A stretch of DNA of 64,000 nucleotides from Amphiscolops sp. MND2022 (GCA_964187785.1 OZ076409.1:1860001-1924000), one strand, 5' to 3'. Positions 25,701-36,849 are shown, counted from the first letter of the stretch. Notes: generated by a model not told the origin, from the sequence alone. Program-made: numbers and translations.

Positions 25701-28700
25701 AAAGAACACCCGTGAAATTTTGCGGCACCATTGAGAACTCTTCTCACTTTACCGGGTTTGTGCGGATGTATCACGGGGTGATGTGGTAGGTACCACTCAC
25801 GACGGTTATCGGTTCGGAAGCACTCAGATTTATCGACTTGAACAATGTACTTTTTTTCGAAATCCTCGTTGATTGTTTTGCTATAACTTTCTTTCAGCTG
25901 AGGATCTTTTCCGAGGCGACGCTCTAGAGACTTCATTTGAACGAGAGCCGAGAAGTAGTTGTTCGGTAACGTACTTTCTTCATCGGCCCACAACATTCCA
26001 ACTTGGTAACGGCATCCATCGTTGAATGTGGTCTCTTCGAGAATTTTCATCGCTCGCGCGTCGGCTGCGGAGCGAGAGTCAACTTGTTTGTAGGCTCCAT
26101 ATGACTCCATGTCATACCAGCTACGAAGTTGTTCGGCGAGAATCGAGTCCTTCTCAGAGCTAGCAACAGCCTTAAAACAAGTCGAGACAAGACCCGTGGC
26201 AGAAGGAAGTGGACCACTCAGTACCCAGCCCAACGGTAAACGAACGGCTATCGGAGTATTCGCACGGTCGGATTCGAAGTACTCCAATGGGCGGATAGAA
26301 TGGAAAACATCCTGGCCAAGAATCATCTCGACGTCGGCGTAGCTGTACTTACTTAGAGAAATCGGTTCCAAGTGCGGGTACTTTGCTTTCAGATTGTCAA
26401 CGTCGATAAAATCATTTCCGATCTTCAAGTCATTTCGAACAAAGGGTTTCACGGGGAAAGATGAACAAGAGCCACCCGAATGAACGGGTGTCAACTTAAG
26501 TTCAACTGTTTCCGTGTCAATTTGTTGCTGCGAATTTATCCCGTGGACGGTTAGCTTGGTTGGAGAGCCTTTAACTTGGAGTTTGTCGGCCAGTCTTTTC
26601 GAAATCCAAGAGTGACTGCAAGCCGAGTCACACAACACAAGCACTTTTTCGGAGCACAACGGAGATTCCAACTCAACTTCCGTTATCTGTAACAAACCTT
26701 TGACGTCGGACACGGAAGGCATGCCGGAACTCTCGCTACCGGTTGATTTCTGACTGACTTTGGTTGACCTACCAGTGGTTACTTTGTTGTCTTTGTTTTC
26801 TGCGCCTGAAACCCTTTGGGGGAAAATTTTTTCTGAGCCGTGAAGTAAAGTGTTGTGAGAGCTACTACAGCCTTCCTTGGTGCATTTTCTTGGTTGTGGG
26901 CACTGTCGGAAAGCATGCCCTTCGTTGAGACAAGAAAAGCAGAGTTTGCTCTCAGCAGCTAACTTGGTTCGCTCTGTTGGTGTTTTCCTGCGGAAAACTG
27001 GACAACGCCAAAGCGGATGACTCTCTTTGCACGCTACACAAGGTTTTTCGCTTCTGGGTTTCGTTCCCGTAGTCTCTTTGTTACTAAGGGTAGCTGCAAA
27101 AACCTTGGTTCCTGTTTTGGTCTTGGTCACAGTTGAGGCAGTAACGTCATCAGTTTTGGCTTTGCTGGAAGTGGCTTTCATTCTTTCATGTGCCTCTGCT
27201 TTCTCCTTTAGCCAGTCATTGAACTGAATCAATGTTGGTCGGTCCAGATTTCGTTTCACTGTGTTCATCGACCACGCTTCCTTCAAGTTTGGCGGAAGTT
27301 TCTGTATAGCTTGACCCAGCAGAGAAGCACTTGACAAATCTTGTACATAATTCAAAGATCGGAAAACACCAACCAGTGAGGAGACAGTTGCAGAATAGCT
27401 GATAATGCTGTCACTATTATGCATTTTGACTGGTGGGTAGTTTGCAAGTTTGTCTAAATAAGCGCTCACGACGGTTTGTGGTTGTCCGAACTTGCGCTCT
27501 AATGTCTTTAAGGCGTCCTTGTACATTGCACCACAGTAAGCAAATTCGGCAATTGCCGTCTTTGCCTTGCCGGAAACCAGGGTTTTCAAGTAAGTCAGTT
27601 TCACGTCATCGGTTAAAGGCGCTGAGTCGATGGCACTCTTAAACTGGCCGAACCACTCGTGCCATTGAAGTGGATCTCCACCGTACTGAGCCAGTTTCCA
27701 TTCAGGGAGATGGTCCTTTTTCGATGACAATAACAGTTGTGCCAGATCTTGAACTGTGAAACTGCTCGTCGATGCTTGTGGAGTGGCGATTGTTGAAGAC
27801 GATGGAAATGGCAGTGCGGTTGGTGAAACAGTAGAGACGGTCGGAAGTGGTGCACTAGTAGGCATCGTTACGGTAGCGAGGGACGATGGACTGAGATAGT
27901 ACACAGTTCCTCCTGCAGTGACTGGAATAACGGGTGTTGAAGTGGGATAACCAGTGGTAGTAGGAACCACTGTAGATAACGTTGGTGTTAGTTGAATCGA
28001 AGTGGTGACGGGAATCACACTTGTCGGCGCGTTGTTGGTGGCAGTTGGAAACGTCCATGCAGACAAATTCGGTAAAACATGGCTTGCGGGTACGGTTAAC
28101 GGTTGTGATTGCACCATTACGGTCGGCACGGTGGGTGGCGCAGTTACATTTGTCATCGGTGTACTCGTCACCGGTGGGTTGATAGGTAAATGGGCCGCAG
28201 CCATGGTTGGTTGTGGATCGGTATTGTTCTGTAGTTGCATTGCTGGTGCATTATATGATGTCGAGGCTACAGGAGCGGTTGTAGTGTGTACATTGGTAAA
28301 CCCAGTAACTAGATTAACGACTGAGTTCGTAGTTGTAGCAGGCAGAACAAATTGTTCCGTTGGTGGCAAAGCCACAGACATTGCGTTCGTAGGAGCAGGT
28401 TCTGTCACAATCGGCGAGTTGTTCACCCAGTCGTTAACGCGTGCTGTGTCGTCAGCTTTGGACGAAACCGAAAGTTGTGACAGAGTTTCTTCTAGGTTAG
28501 GCTGGGAATCGGACAAGTCTTCTCTCAGTTCGAGTTCAGTGAGGGTTGCTTCAGCAAGTTTTTTCCGATTTTCCTCCTGCAGTTCTTCGACTCTGAGCGC
28601 TTGTTCCTTCTTCAGGCGATCAGCTCTCAACCTGAGTTGCTCTTGTTCCTGTTGAAGTCGTTCAAGTTCTAGTTCTTGTTGTTGTTTCGCGATTCGGAGC

Positions 28701-29203
28701 GCTGCTTCATTCTGCTTCTCTATTTCTTCTCTACGTTGTTTCGCTATCAACAAATCTCTTTGACGTTGACTAGATGTTCTCGATTGTCGCGACGTTTTTG
28801 CGCTCGATGTTTTGCTTGGTTGCTTGTTTTTTGAAGTGGCTGTTGTTGATGGTTGAGATGCTCTATCGACGCTCGGACATTGATCGATGTACTCGCGAGC
28901 CTTTTTCAAAATCATGTCATTTTGAGTAGTCACTTCACTCAACCAAGTTTCCAAATCGTGTTTCACTAGTGACGGGTCTTCTGTTTTCGTAGCCAAATCG
29001 AACAAAAGTTCATGCTTTGAAAACAACTTCGTCATCGCTTCGTCACATGAACTCACAAGTCTCTCGACGCGCACGCGTCGATCTTTGTTTTCTACAGCAT
29101 CATCAATCTTTTGCTGGATTCTACGTAATTCATCTTCTGCCTTGGAGCGACTTTCGAACAGTTTTCGAACTTTTTCTTGCATGGAGTCAGCCATTTCTGT
29201 CAA
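22793..29203 (-). CDS. gag-pol: BEL/Pao Gag-Pol polyprotein, 2136 aa, uninterrupted
   Basis: Coiled-coil N-terminus; Gag core (WHEWFGQF); three Cys/His knuckles; protease LCDSACSHSWI; RT FYMDD; Pao RNase H HMFGDSS; integrase H-H-C-C and SDNGTNF/WERVV; LTPNHFL tail. Confidence 0.98.
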   Translation of the reverse strand: MTEMADSMQEKVRKLFESRSKAEDELRRIQQKIDDAVENKDRRVRVERLVSSCDEAMTKLFSKHELLFDLATKTEDPSLVKHDLETWLSEVTTQNDMILKKAREYIDQCPSVDRASQPSTTATSKNKQPSKTSSAKTSRQSRTSSQRQRDLLIAKQRREEIEKQNEAALRIAKQQQELELERLQQEQEQLRLRADRLKKEQALRVEELQEENRKKLAEATLTELELREDLSDSQPNLEETLSQLSVSSKADDTARVNDWVNNSPIVTEPAPTNAMSVALPPTEQFVLPATTTNSVVNLVTGFTNVHTTTAPVASTSYNAPAMQLQNNTDPQPTMAAAHLPINPPVTSTPMTNVTAPPTVPTVMVQSQPLTVPASHVLPNLSAWTFPTATNNAPTSVIPVTTSIQLTPTLSTVVPTTTGYPTSTPVIPVTAGGTVYYLSPSSLATVTMPTSAPLPTVSTVSPTALPFPSSSTIATPQASTSSFTVQDLAQLLLSSKKDHLPEWKLAQYGGDPLQWHEWFGQFKSAIDSAPLTDDVKLTYLKTLVSGKAKTAIAEFAYCGAMYKDALKTLERKFGQPQTVVSAYLDKLANYPPVKMHNSDSIISYSATVSSLVGVFRSLNYVQDLSSASLLGQAIQKLPPNLKEAWSMNTVKRNLDRPTLIQFNDWLKEKAEAHERMKATSSKAKTDDVTASTVTKTKTGTKVFAATLSNKETTGTKPRSEKPCVACKESHPLWRCPVFRRKTPTERTKLAAESKLCFSCLNEGHAFRQCPQPRKCTKEGCSSSHNTLLHGSEKIFPQRVSGAENKDNKVTTGRSTKVSQKSTGSESSGMPSVSDVKGLLQITEVELESPLCSEKVLVLCDSACSHSWISKRLADKLQVKGSPTKLTVHGINSQQQIDTETVELKLTPVHSGGSCSSFPVKPFVRNDLKIGNDFIDVDNLKAKYPHLEPISLSKYSYADVEMILGQDVFHSIRPLEYFESDRANTPIAVRLPLGWVLSGPLPSATGLVSTCFKAVASSEKDSILAEQLRSWYDMESYGAYKQVDSRSAADARAMKILEETTFNDGCRYQVGMLWADEESTLPNNYFSALVQMKSLERRLGKDPQLKESYSKTINEDFEKKYIVQVDKSECFRTDNRREWYLPHHPVIHPHKPGKVRRVLNGAAKFHGCSLNNALLTGPDLLQSLIHILFRFRQYPNAVSADIEGMFLQVGVIPKDQPSIRFLWREDPSTEVSVFQYVRHIFGSKDSPTCANYALKRTATDNADMFPKAAQSVHTNFYMDDYLESSPTAEEAAQKAKDLVKMLSIGGFKLTKFVSNDPKILSQIEPDSENQSNDGKQLPTQDESSHVLGLKWNHNSDTLVVSRGTTPDTKQTVTQRVVLSLVSAVYDPIGLVAPYTVKARLLLKDIWRLSGQKWDDVLPDDIVTKFTDWSSELGSLSEIVIPRSYFPRNVERLELHMFGDSSQDVFSAVAFLRGKMVSKHGSSTELAFVFGKARVAPMKALTIPKLELQAALLSARLRNDIQQALTLEIEKIFMWTDSTTVLQWLHSLEKQPVFVANRVAEILELTTVDEWFYVQSADNPADAGTRGLSSKALLESCWLKGPSFLRTTEWPFKPCENFRSKLKQAKLDLSDELATESSTLLSAHQTAIAKTFEWQKYCSYEKLLRIAAYMLRLSSKSSLYKTSTAAITDPAELENAEQHLFYIVQTESFPMEKSNLLKSSPLGSKSKIAQFSPFIGSNGLVRASGRTKQLEIATFDVKHPIILDARHPLIRLLLEHLHAQHCHQGVDYLRALVQQRFAVVKLRTALRTIVSRCVVCRKRRAETLNPIMADLPRERLAFKEPPFSNTGVDYFGPFFVSVKRSTEKRWGFLFTCLTTRAVHFEVVPSMDTSSCVMGIERFCARRGIPSVIWSDNGTNFVASEKELLMNIKNWNQQVLGETLVKKGIKWKFNPPSAPHHGGVWERVVRSFKHVFYAVLGNRRLTDEILMTTFCLVEQCLNARPITPASTDPADLDALTPNHFLLGTASSTLPTHFHAEIDHRKRYVRAQAYSDAIWNRWLKEYVPNLNHRSKWCKSSNRDLKTGDLVWIVEPTAPRGHYPLARVVKLNFGTDAVARSAEVKTSTGNLVRPVVKLAPVFPIPE

Positions 29204-29494
29204 ACTATCAGGAACGAAGAAGAACCTGGTATGTACAGTCTGTTTTTGTTATCACAAATGCTCACAACAAAGCTCAATTACAGCGTCAACCAAGCAATTA
29301 AGCTTTGGACACAGCTGATTGAAAGAAAAGTTGGAGCTGAGGGTTTTTTAGATGTTTCTTTTAAAAGTAGTAACCAACTACAGTACTACGGTTGACGGGA
29401 CGAAACGACGATTTTAAAAAGGGGCGCGTTCCCGAAATTATGGTAATTCGTCCTGTTTATTGGTGCTCAATGAGCGAGGAAGGCCGAGGAGACC

Positions 29495-29649
29495 TCAACC
29501 GGACAGTTAAGTCCGGACACAGTCCACCCGGCGAGTAAAGAAAAGGAAAGTTGTTTCTGAGTATCAACCGGACAATTAAGTTCGGACGCAACTCAGAAAG
29601 CAGACGAAATGGCTGTAGAAACTTCAACCAGACAATTAAGTCCGGACAC
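29495..29649. repeat. Three spaced 26-bp hairpin repeats in the BEL leader
   Basis: TCAACCGGACAGTTAAGTCCGGACAC-like units at 29495, 29564 and 29624, with spacers of 43 and 34 nt. Confidence 0.92.
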
Positions 29650-29684
29650 CGTTGCTACAGCACAGTCAGGATGGTAGAAGGGGT

Positions 29685-30302
29685 TTAGGACGACGGAGCA
29701 GCAGCTGCTGCTTTTTGAATCGCTTTTCGGGCGCGCTTGCTGGGTCGCTTGGGGCGGCTTTTATCTGTTATGCTGTTAAGCTCGCTCTCCTTTCGTAAGA
29801 GAAAATCAATATGCTTTAATTCAATCTCGGGGCTCTGGTGTAAGGCCTTAAGTTTTTTGAGAAAGTCGGGATCTTTCTGTTTTCTAGTGGAAATGAAGTC
29901 GTCAACGACACTGAACACTTTAATGTTCGTGGTTTTTTCGATTTCTTTCAGATTCAGCAAAATGTTAGGGGTACGGAATCGGTGGCAATACACTAGAGCC
30001 CGGAGTTTGTTTTCGAAAGTTTTCAAAATATCTAACAATTGCGAAACAGTTAACGGACGGAAATTATTGCTCTCGTGTTTGGAAATGCTATTATTTAACA
30101 CATCATGCCAAATAACAATGTCGGTTTTTTCGGAAAGATCTTTCGAGAGCAAGTTTTGTACTATTTTTCGGGGGTTTTTTGTGTTAGGATTAAGGCTCAG
30201 GCCCGGAATCGAGAAAATTTTTTCGTTATAAGTTTTTCGGGTTTCAGGGTTTAAGGTGTCAAGGGCATGGTCAACGGAACTTGCTGCTAAAATGTGTACC
30301 AT
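29685..30302 (-). CDS. Extra BEL ORF upstream of gag (205 aa from ATG; frame open to 30359), SGNH-hydrolase-like
   Basis: Intact ORF inside the LTRs. Motif order HILAASS / SIPGL / IVIWHDVLNN / LVYCHR / KALH parallels SGNH blocks I, II, III and V. Basic C-terminal tail. Confidence 0.7.
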   Translation of the reverse strand: MVHILAASSVDHALDTLNPETRKTYNEKIFSIPGLSLNPNTKNPRKIVQNLLSKDLSEKTDIVIWHDVLNNSISKHESNNFRPLTVSQLLDILKTFENKLRALVYCHRFRTPNILLNLKEIEKTTNIKVFSVVDDFISTRKQKDPDFLKKLKALHQSPEIELKHIDFLLRKESELNSITDKSRPKRPSKRARKAIQKAAAAAPSS

Positions 30303-31050
30303 TAGGTTTTTTTTCAGTGACGTGATTTGGTTTTGCTGTATCGTGCTAACGGCAGTCAATTGGAATTCCTTCTCACCTTTTGATTTTAGATATTAAAGTT
30401 TCGAGTTAACAATAAAAAAGGGGTGAGCTGATAGACAAAGAAATGCAAATCTTACTCGGAACAAATCAGGTTATTGTGATCCCGTGACGAATTTAGGATA
30501 ATAACTGTTCACATCAAGGCCTTGCTTCAAATAACAAAAATGAGTTTGAAATATGAAAAATCAAACCAAGATTTGGTTGAGTTCGTTGTTTGTTCACAAA
30601 CCTCGTCGTTGTTGATGTCTAGGAAACGTCTAACCTCCAGGTCATATTTGAATTTCGCAATCATCAAGAAAACGTAACCGTTTCGTCATTTTGATCCATA
30701 GTCACGTCATCGTATTGCATAGTTGCTGGGACCATATTGACTTCCATCCTGTTTTCACGCGTATCGCTCAGTTCGTTTTCTTTCATACGGCTTTTGTTCA
30801 GTGACAAGGGTTTTCTTCCGCCGTATTCTCAGCTATGACTCGTTCGTCTGGATCACAGCCACCGAGGAGCAGACTGTACTGGATTCAGTGAGGATAAAAG
30901 GCTGGGGGGATAAAGTCGTACTTTGGCGGCAGAGCTCAATTATTAGGGTAACCAACCAACACCCCCTTTTTTGTTCCAAGGGGATTGAAGAGGATTCAAA
31001 GAGATTCAATGAAACAGTTGTTCACTCAAAATTATTCATTAGTGCATGTA

Positions 31051-31068
31051 GCCTCTCTATGGCCACCA
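31051..31068 (-). promoter_or_regulatory. BEL primer-binding site
   Basis: TGGTGGCCATAGAGAGGC directly after the 5' LTR, complementary to a tRNA ending ...GGCCACCA. Isotype not certain. Confidence 0.85.
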
Positions 31069-31384
31069 TGAAGAAACCATAGTTTTCGGGAACTAAGGTC
31101 TGTTTAAGTGGAAAACATAAAAATCAGGATATTTATTGGTCCTTTTTATCGTCGTAAATCGAAGCATCAATGTTTTTGAAATATATGTTTTTATCAAATA
31201 ACAAACTGCAAAAGAACATAAATGCAACAATATTAACAAATATTGGTAAACAACACTTTTTGAACTGAGTAGCAAGGCCTTTTCAAGAGCAATAATTCTA
31301 GAATATTCTCGAATTTCCAAAACACGCAAATGAACTAATTCTATTAGCTTTTAATCTTATCGCTGAGCTAATTGCTTGTCAACA
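31069..31384 (-). repeat. BEL 5' LTR
   Basis: TG...CA; matches 22331-22646. Confidence 0.97.
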
Positions 31385-32055
31385 AGGGAGGTGGTTGTCA
31401 GAAAAGAGCAGAATCTAATTATTGCTTTGAATTTTTTTTTCATTTGTAGCAAAAAGCACTCCTGTATTTTTAATCAGGCCGGAAGAATAGCTAGTTTCTG
31501 AAAATAGGTTTTATCACAAGAGACTTAGAGAACAGAGGTACAATAAAAGCTCTGACGTTTTTCGTTAGGACAACTGGTTTAAGACATTCCATTCCATGAT
31601 AAATTTCGATGTCGAAAAATGCCACAATTCCTGAAAGCACTAAGTCATATAACTTTTGCATTCTTTAATTGATTTTGTAAGAACAAATACTTACATAATT
31701 CTGATAGAAACAGAGATTTGCCCTGAGATATTTTTTTGCACTGAGATCTTTCTGTCAAATGAAATAACAAAATTTTGATGCGCTCAGAACTTTCTTGCCG
31801 GTAAAATAGAATGTCTTTTGTTACACCAGTGAACCTAGTCCGTCCAGTTTTGTTCCGACGAAGAAGAAAATGTTCGGAATTTTGTTCGGTTCTTTGTTTG
31901 TTGTATAAACGCAGAGCAAACATCCTCAATCGCCTCGATTGTTTTCCATTTCGTTTTTCAGTCCTGGTTTCGTGCCTGCAATTGAAAAAAAATTAACGGT
32001 GAGTTACATATGAAATGGTGCAAATTTCCCTCGACTTAGAGGGTTTAACTACTAA

Positions 32056-32460
32056 CCTAGTCTAGACTACAGGAACTTTTCACATGCTGCAGGCTTGCAT
32101 TGAGGGTGAATATTTGTCTAACCACAAAATTTCATTGCGCTTCCAGCTATGAAATTTGTAGCTATAGAATTTGAAGTCGGACAAACTTCCCGTTCGTTGC
32201 CCAAACGATCACCTCTTTGATTTCTCAACTATTCATCTGATACTATCAACTCCGCATTTCAAATAGCACTCCGGAAAATTGCTAGTTTGCAGCGTACATA
32301 GTGAATGAAGTTGGTGGTAGATTGTATTGCCAAACAGTAACAATGTAGGATAAATTTATAACAGGCCCGAATCAATTTCTTCTTTCTGATTGGTTGGTAC
32401 GTTTGACAGTGAGCTTTGAATGATGACAGGTTACCAATAAAGTCGACTTGCATTTAAGAA
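32056..32460. mobile_element. Partial CCCTAG-family MITE
   Basis: CCTAGTCTAGACTACAGGAACTTTTCACATGCTGCAG start resembles 62738. Right end not recognised. Confidence 0.5.
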
Positions 32461-33603
32461 CGGCTATTTTCATAACATCTTAGCTCAAATATGTATAAAG
32501 AAATGAAGGAAACTGCAAAAACATTAACTTGGACACTAAGTATTGAACAAAGATAATCAAGCGAAAAGTCTCTTTTTTTTCAGTTTACACTACTCAAGGT
32601 GGTGTCTTGTTAAAATACAGCCATAGTACATCAAACTCATAGTAAACAAAGGATTGTTTAGCATCTAATTCTGAGTCTATTATCGGACCATGTCATCAAT
32701 CCCCCCCAGGGCAGGGGGAAATAAGAGAGAAGGTTCAAATACCATTATGTCGACATCGTTTGCGTTGAAATTTTGGTCCAATAAAGTTGTTGATGTCGAC
32801 ATAATCCTATCCATCACATTGACTGTCAGTTAGAAGTTGCTCATTAGATTTAATAGCGGACAAAATTTGTCTTGAACGAGGGGTCTTTTTATACGATTTT
32901 AGCTTGTTCCAAACGTGAATTTCTGCTATTTTGGACAATAATATCAAAAAATTAAGGTAGTTTTTTAACCTGAAGTGTCCAGACAGTTGTAAAGACAATC
33001 CTCTAAGTATTTACATTTTTTAAATATTCTCTTAGTAGTGAAATATTTTTACTCAAGAACAAAATGTGCTTTCGTGTTGGGGGGAAATTCCCAACAAGGT
33101 GGGGGGGGGAAGAGATGACATGGTCCCTAATATCTAATATCCACAGAATAAATTTGAAAGTCAATCAACTTCTCTCTGTTCAATTTCTTTTTTCTAGTGA
33201 ACTACAGTTGAGAAATGTTTACCCGCGTGTTTACCCGCGTGTAAATCAAATATGCATCTTTGGACATGAATTTTTCCAGATTCATAACGTTGTTGCTATT
33301 TACATAAGACGAATGTCACAGTCTTGAAAATACTCAATTATCCAAATAGGTTCATTCTGTGAAGGAAACATTTTTTTAAAAAAAATTGAGTTTTCTTAAG
33401 ATTATGTGGCTCGTTTGAGAAGCCGAACAGATTTGTGCGCTAAACAGATCGATGCCATAATTCAAATTTTTTCGAAAAATGTTGTGTGTGTTAATGATCT
33501 GGTAACATTGGTATTTAGACAATGATACCATGAATGACATTCATTCCAGACATTCCATGGTAGCTTGAAACATCAAGAAGTTTTTGTTTGAAGCAATGAG
33601 AAA

Positions 33604-33951
33604 CAAGACGGGAACGTCCCAAGTCGGCGCCATATCTTAGGCTCAAAAATATTCAAGGAACAACTATTGGAAAAATTTGGAAAAAAATTTTTTTCAAAAA
33701 AAAATTTTGATTTTTTTTTCGAAAAAAAATTATTTTTTAGGTCGCACAATGCCGAAAAACTCAAAAAGAGGCCATTCAGGCTCATTCAACGTTTTCTACA
33801 CACCGAAAACTGGAAGATGAACAAATATGAAAGATGAACAAAAATTGTAAGAAAAGTGGACCACTCAGAGTGAGATTGTCAACTGAAAAAAAAAACTACT
33901 CACTGTAAGAGTCGGGCTTTTTTCCTTAAGGGAAAAGGCGCCGACTAAAAA
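33604..33951 (-). mobile_element. HINE/DINE-1-like element
   Basis: CAAGACGGGAACGTCCCAAGTCGGCGC ... AGTCGGGCTTTTTTCC..GGAAAAGGCGCCGACTAAAAA. Confidence 0.8.
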
Positions 33952-36324
33952 TGAGAATGCGCTGAGAAAAATCCGTGAAAAGCGCAGGATTGATCTCAAT
34001 AGTCTCTGAAAATCTTGTCCGATACTCCAGATGGTCTTGAAGTCATTGCAACGATAAAAATAATGCGCAAAATTTTGTTCAAGTATCCAACCATAGTTTG
34101 GAAAAGACTCCGCCCTTTTTGATAATGTGCTCAATTCGCTAGCGTAAATATATCATTCACGGAACAAGCTCCATACCTTTTTTGTAATTCTTCAATGACA
34201 TATCTCCTCAAATTTTCAAATCTGAGAAACATTTTGGATTCTACGCCCAGTTTCTCAAACTATAGTCCTTTTCGTTATCAAGATTTTTAAGCTCCAATTT
34301 TGCATTGAAGTTATTTTTACACAGTTGCAAAACTTGAGAGATATCAAAACTGAAACCCATTTTAAGCTGTTGAGTTTGATTTGTCAATACACTTTCTTTT
34401 TTATTTCATTGGTTGGTGGTTTATTTAGTGACAATTTATTTCTTCTCAGTTACTTCAATTTCTTTATGCACACTCGTTCAAGGTCACGTGATCAAATCTG
34501 GTAAGTGGCCGTGATTTAAAAGAGTTCACTCCTAAGTCTTTCCCCAAAAAACTCGAATTTCGTAATATGACATCGTTTTTTTGAACATTTCCTTGTTTGG
34601 GTGAAATGATCAACTAAAAGATTCATCTATTAATGAAACCTCTTAATTGAAGCATCGCCCAGTTTTACTCAAATCCTTGTTACAAAAACCTCCCAGCACA
34701 TAGCACGAATTTTTACAAGATCTTGAAAAACAATGCGCTAATATGTCAAGTATCTAGATGTCAAGTGAGCAAAATTTCCGCAAGATTCAGCATGAGTTAT
34801 CATGCAAAGTTCTTTCAAAATTCTTTCATCGTGCTATTTAGTTTTTTAATTCAAATGAATCTTGCATAAAACACATAGCAAATCCAGAACTGCTACCATT
34901 TTGACGCCCAGAAGATCATTGGAGCTCTTTTTTAGAGAAAATACCTGAGAACAAACAATCAAAACGTCAAATTTAGAAAAAAAGAAAAAATCTTTCAAAC
35001 CAAGGAGTTCATTTGTCAAGCAAAATTGCGTTCCGCGATTTTTCATTTCATGGAACTTAGACGTCTCTAAAACATTTTATAAATACTGATTCAGGTCACA
35101 AAGTCGACAAATTCGACAGTCCCGGAACTCCATAGAAGCTTAAATTAAAAATCCGCTGATGGCTGTTGAATTTGAATCCATGAAAAACTGCCTGCTGCAA
35201 TCTTCAATGGTACTGTCAATTATCTGTTTTTAGTTTTACGCAGAAACCAAGCTATTGTAGACTGCCGTCTGCGACGGACTGCTTTATCAAACCTCCCCAG
35301 AAAACGAACATGATAATCCCGGCACGGAGTCTTACCAAAAAAAACTAGAAACTCTTACTTTGCGTTTGAAATAATGGTTTTGTACATCCCATATTCATAA
35401 ATATTGTTTGGCGAAAATTTATTCTGAATATTCCATCTTATTATACTGTTAACTTTAGTTTAACCTAACTACATCCAATTACTTACAGTATATTAACAGT
35501 CAGTAACTTTGATAAACTATATGATCAATTATGAACTAGTTCCACTATTTGTATATCCAATAATTATCTTGTGTAGTAAAACTACACGAAAGCAGATGGT
35601 TAGAAATGCAGATTTTAAATCGATAAATTTTGCTTAAAAGTAGTACAAGACTGGTAAAGGTAGAGGAAACGCGTTCAACTAGTACAGAGTTGCAGTCAGG
35701 TTGACGCATTGTCCGACTTACTTTTAACCAATCAAAACGCACTATTAGTAAATTGATGCAGTCATGCGGACGTAAGGTCCTTTCAGTTAGCAAAGCCAGT
35801 GACTGTAGTTAAATGCAATAAATGTTGCTGTTGACATGTATATATTTCTATTAGATTTGTTGCCACAATTAGTTATAAACATGACGTAAAGTGACGTAAT
35901 GTTTCGGCCACCCTACAATCTAATTAAAGTCATTATGATGCAATAACTAGAGTGTTGCTATTTTTACTCAATGACCTCATTTATATTTTAAGCCTATGAC
36001 TTCCAAAATACTGAGAGTCATGGTGCTAGAGGAAACCGTTGCTTGTGGGATCACAACGTTTGTCATTACACTACATATGATACTGCGTGAAATCATTCTA
36101 ATTGTCTGACGTACATTCAAAAACCAGTTCTGAACTCATCACTGTTGTTGCTTGAAAATCCGGAATTCTGCAATACATAATTACTTCGTTATATGCTTCG
36201 TCCTCATAACTTGGAGTTCAATCTTGAAACGAAATAGGATTTTTTTGTCATACCTTCAACTAGAAAGCAATAGGCTAAACAAAAGCGCTCGAGACAATCT
36301 GACGTAAAGTCAATTTTTAAAGAT

Positions 36325-36849
36325 ATGGACGTAATGCTACGGAACTTTCCTGATAACAGTTTCAAAAGGCAAGAAATAACAGTTGAGATTGAGATTGACC
36401 TAGAGTCAGGGAGACAGCATAGAGATTCTAATCAAATTGGAGATAATGTTAGGTCTTTTCTGAACACTGGTACTAGTGAAAACGCTGCCGAGACCAGCAG
36501 AGCAATTAACTCAGAAATCACTTCTCAGATGTCTAGAAAGTTTGAAACGATCAGAATTGACTTAAATTCACATATAATTGAAGTACATAATTCAGCAATT
36601 GAGGAAAAGGTATTACCGACTATTCAAAATGCAATAGGAGCGCATGATGTTGATTCTAATAGAAAAGTGGACCTTCGGTCAGATGGACCGCAGCAGAATC
36701 CGAATGGCGAAATGGGTTGCGAAACACTAGTAGATTTCTTTAAACTATATTCAGTTAGCAGTAACCGAGTTAATCGCCCTAGGGAGAGTTCAATCGACTC
36801 TCAAGGAAGTGATGAAGGTTATGACACAAGCGCAAGGGATTACATTTAG
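36325..36849 (+). pseudogene. Isolated 174-aa hydrophilic/helical ORF, probably retroelement-derived; degenerate basic N-terminal extension from ~36250
   Basis: Long ORF in AT-rich DNA. The upstream frame reads IPSTRKQ*AKQKRSRQSDV. No catalytic motif recognised. Confidence 0.3.

Larger units (their letters stand above)
22331..31384 (-). mobile_element. Full-length BEL/Pao LTR retrotransposon
   Basis: Two 316-bp TG...CA LTRs, 5-bp TSD AGGGA (22326-22330 / 31385-31389), PBS, PPT and an intact gag-pol. Confidence 0.98.

Noticed and set aside
29495..29649. CRISPR array
   Set aside because: Only three imperfect repeats, inside a eukaryotic LTR retrotransposon, with no cas genes. Kept as an RNA-structure repeat instead.
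23306..30231. Plus-strand ORFs within the BEL (and likewise within the Gypsy)
   Set aside because: Antisense shadows of long coding frames, without independent motifs.
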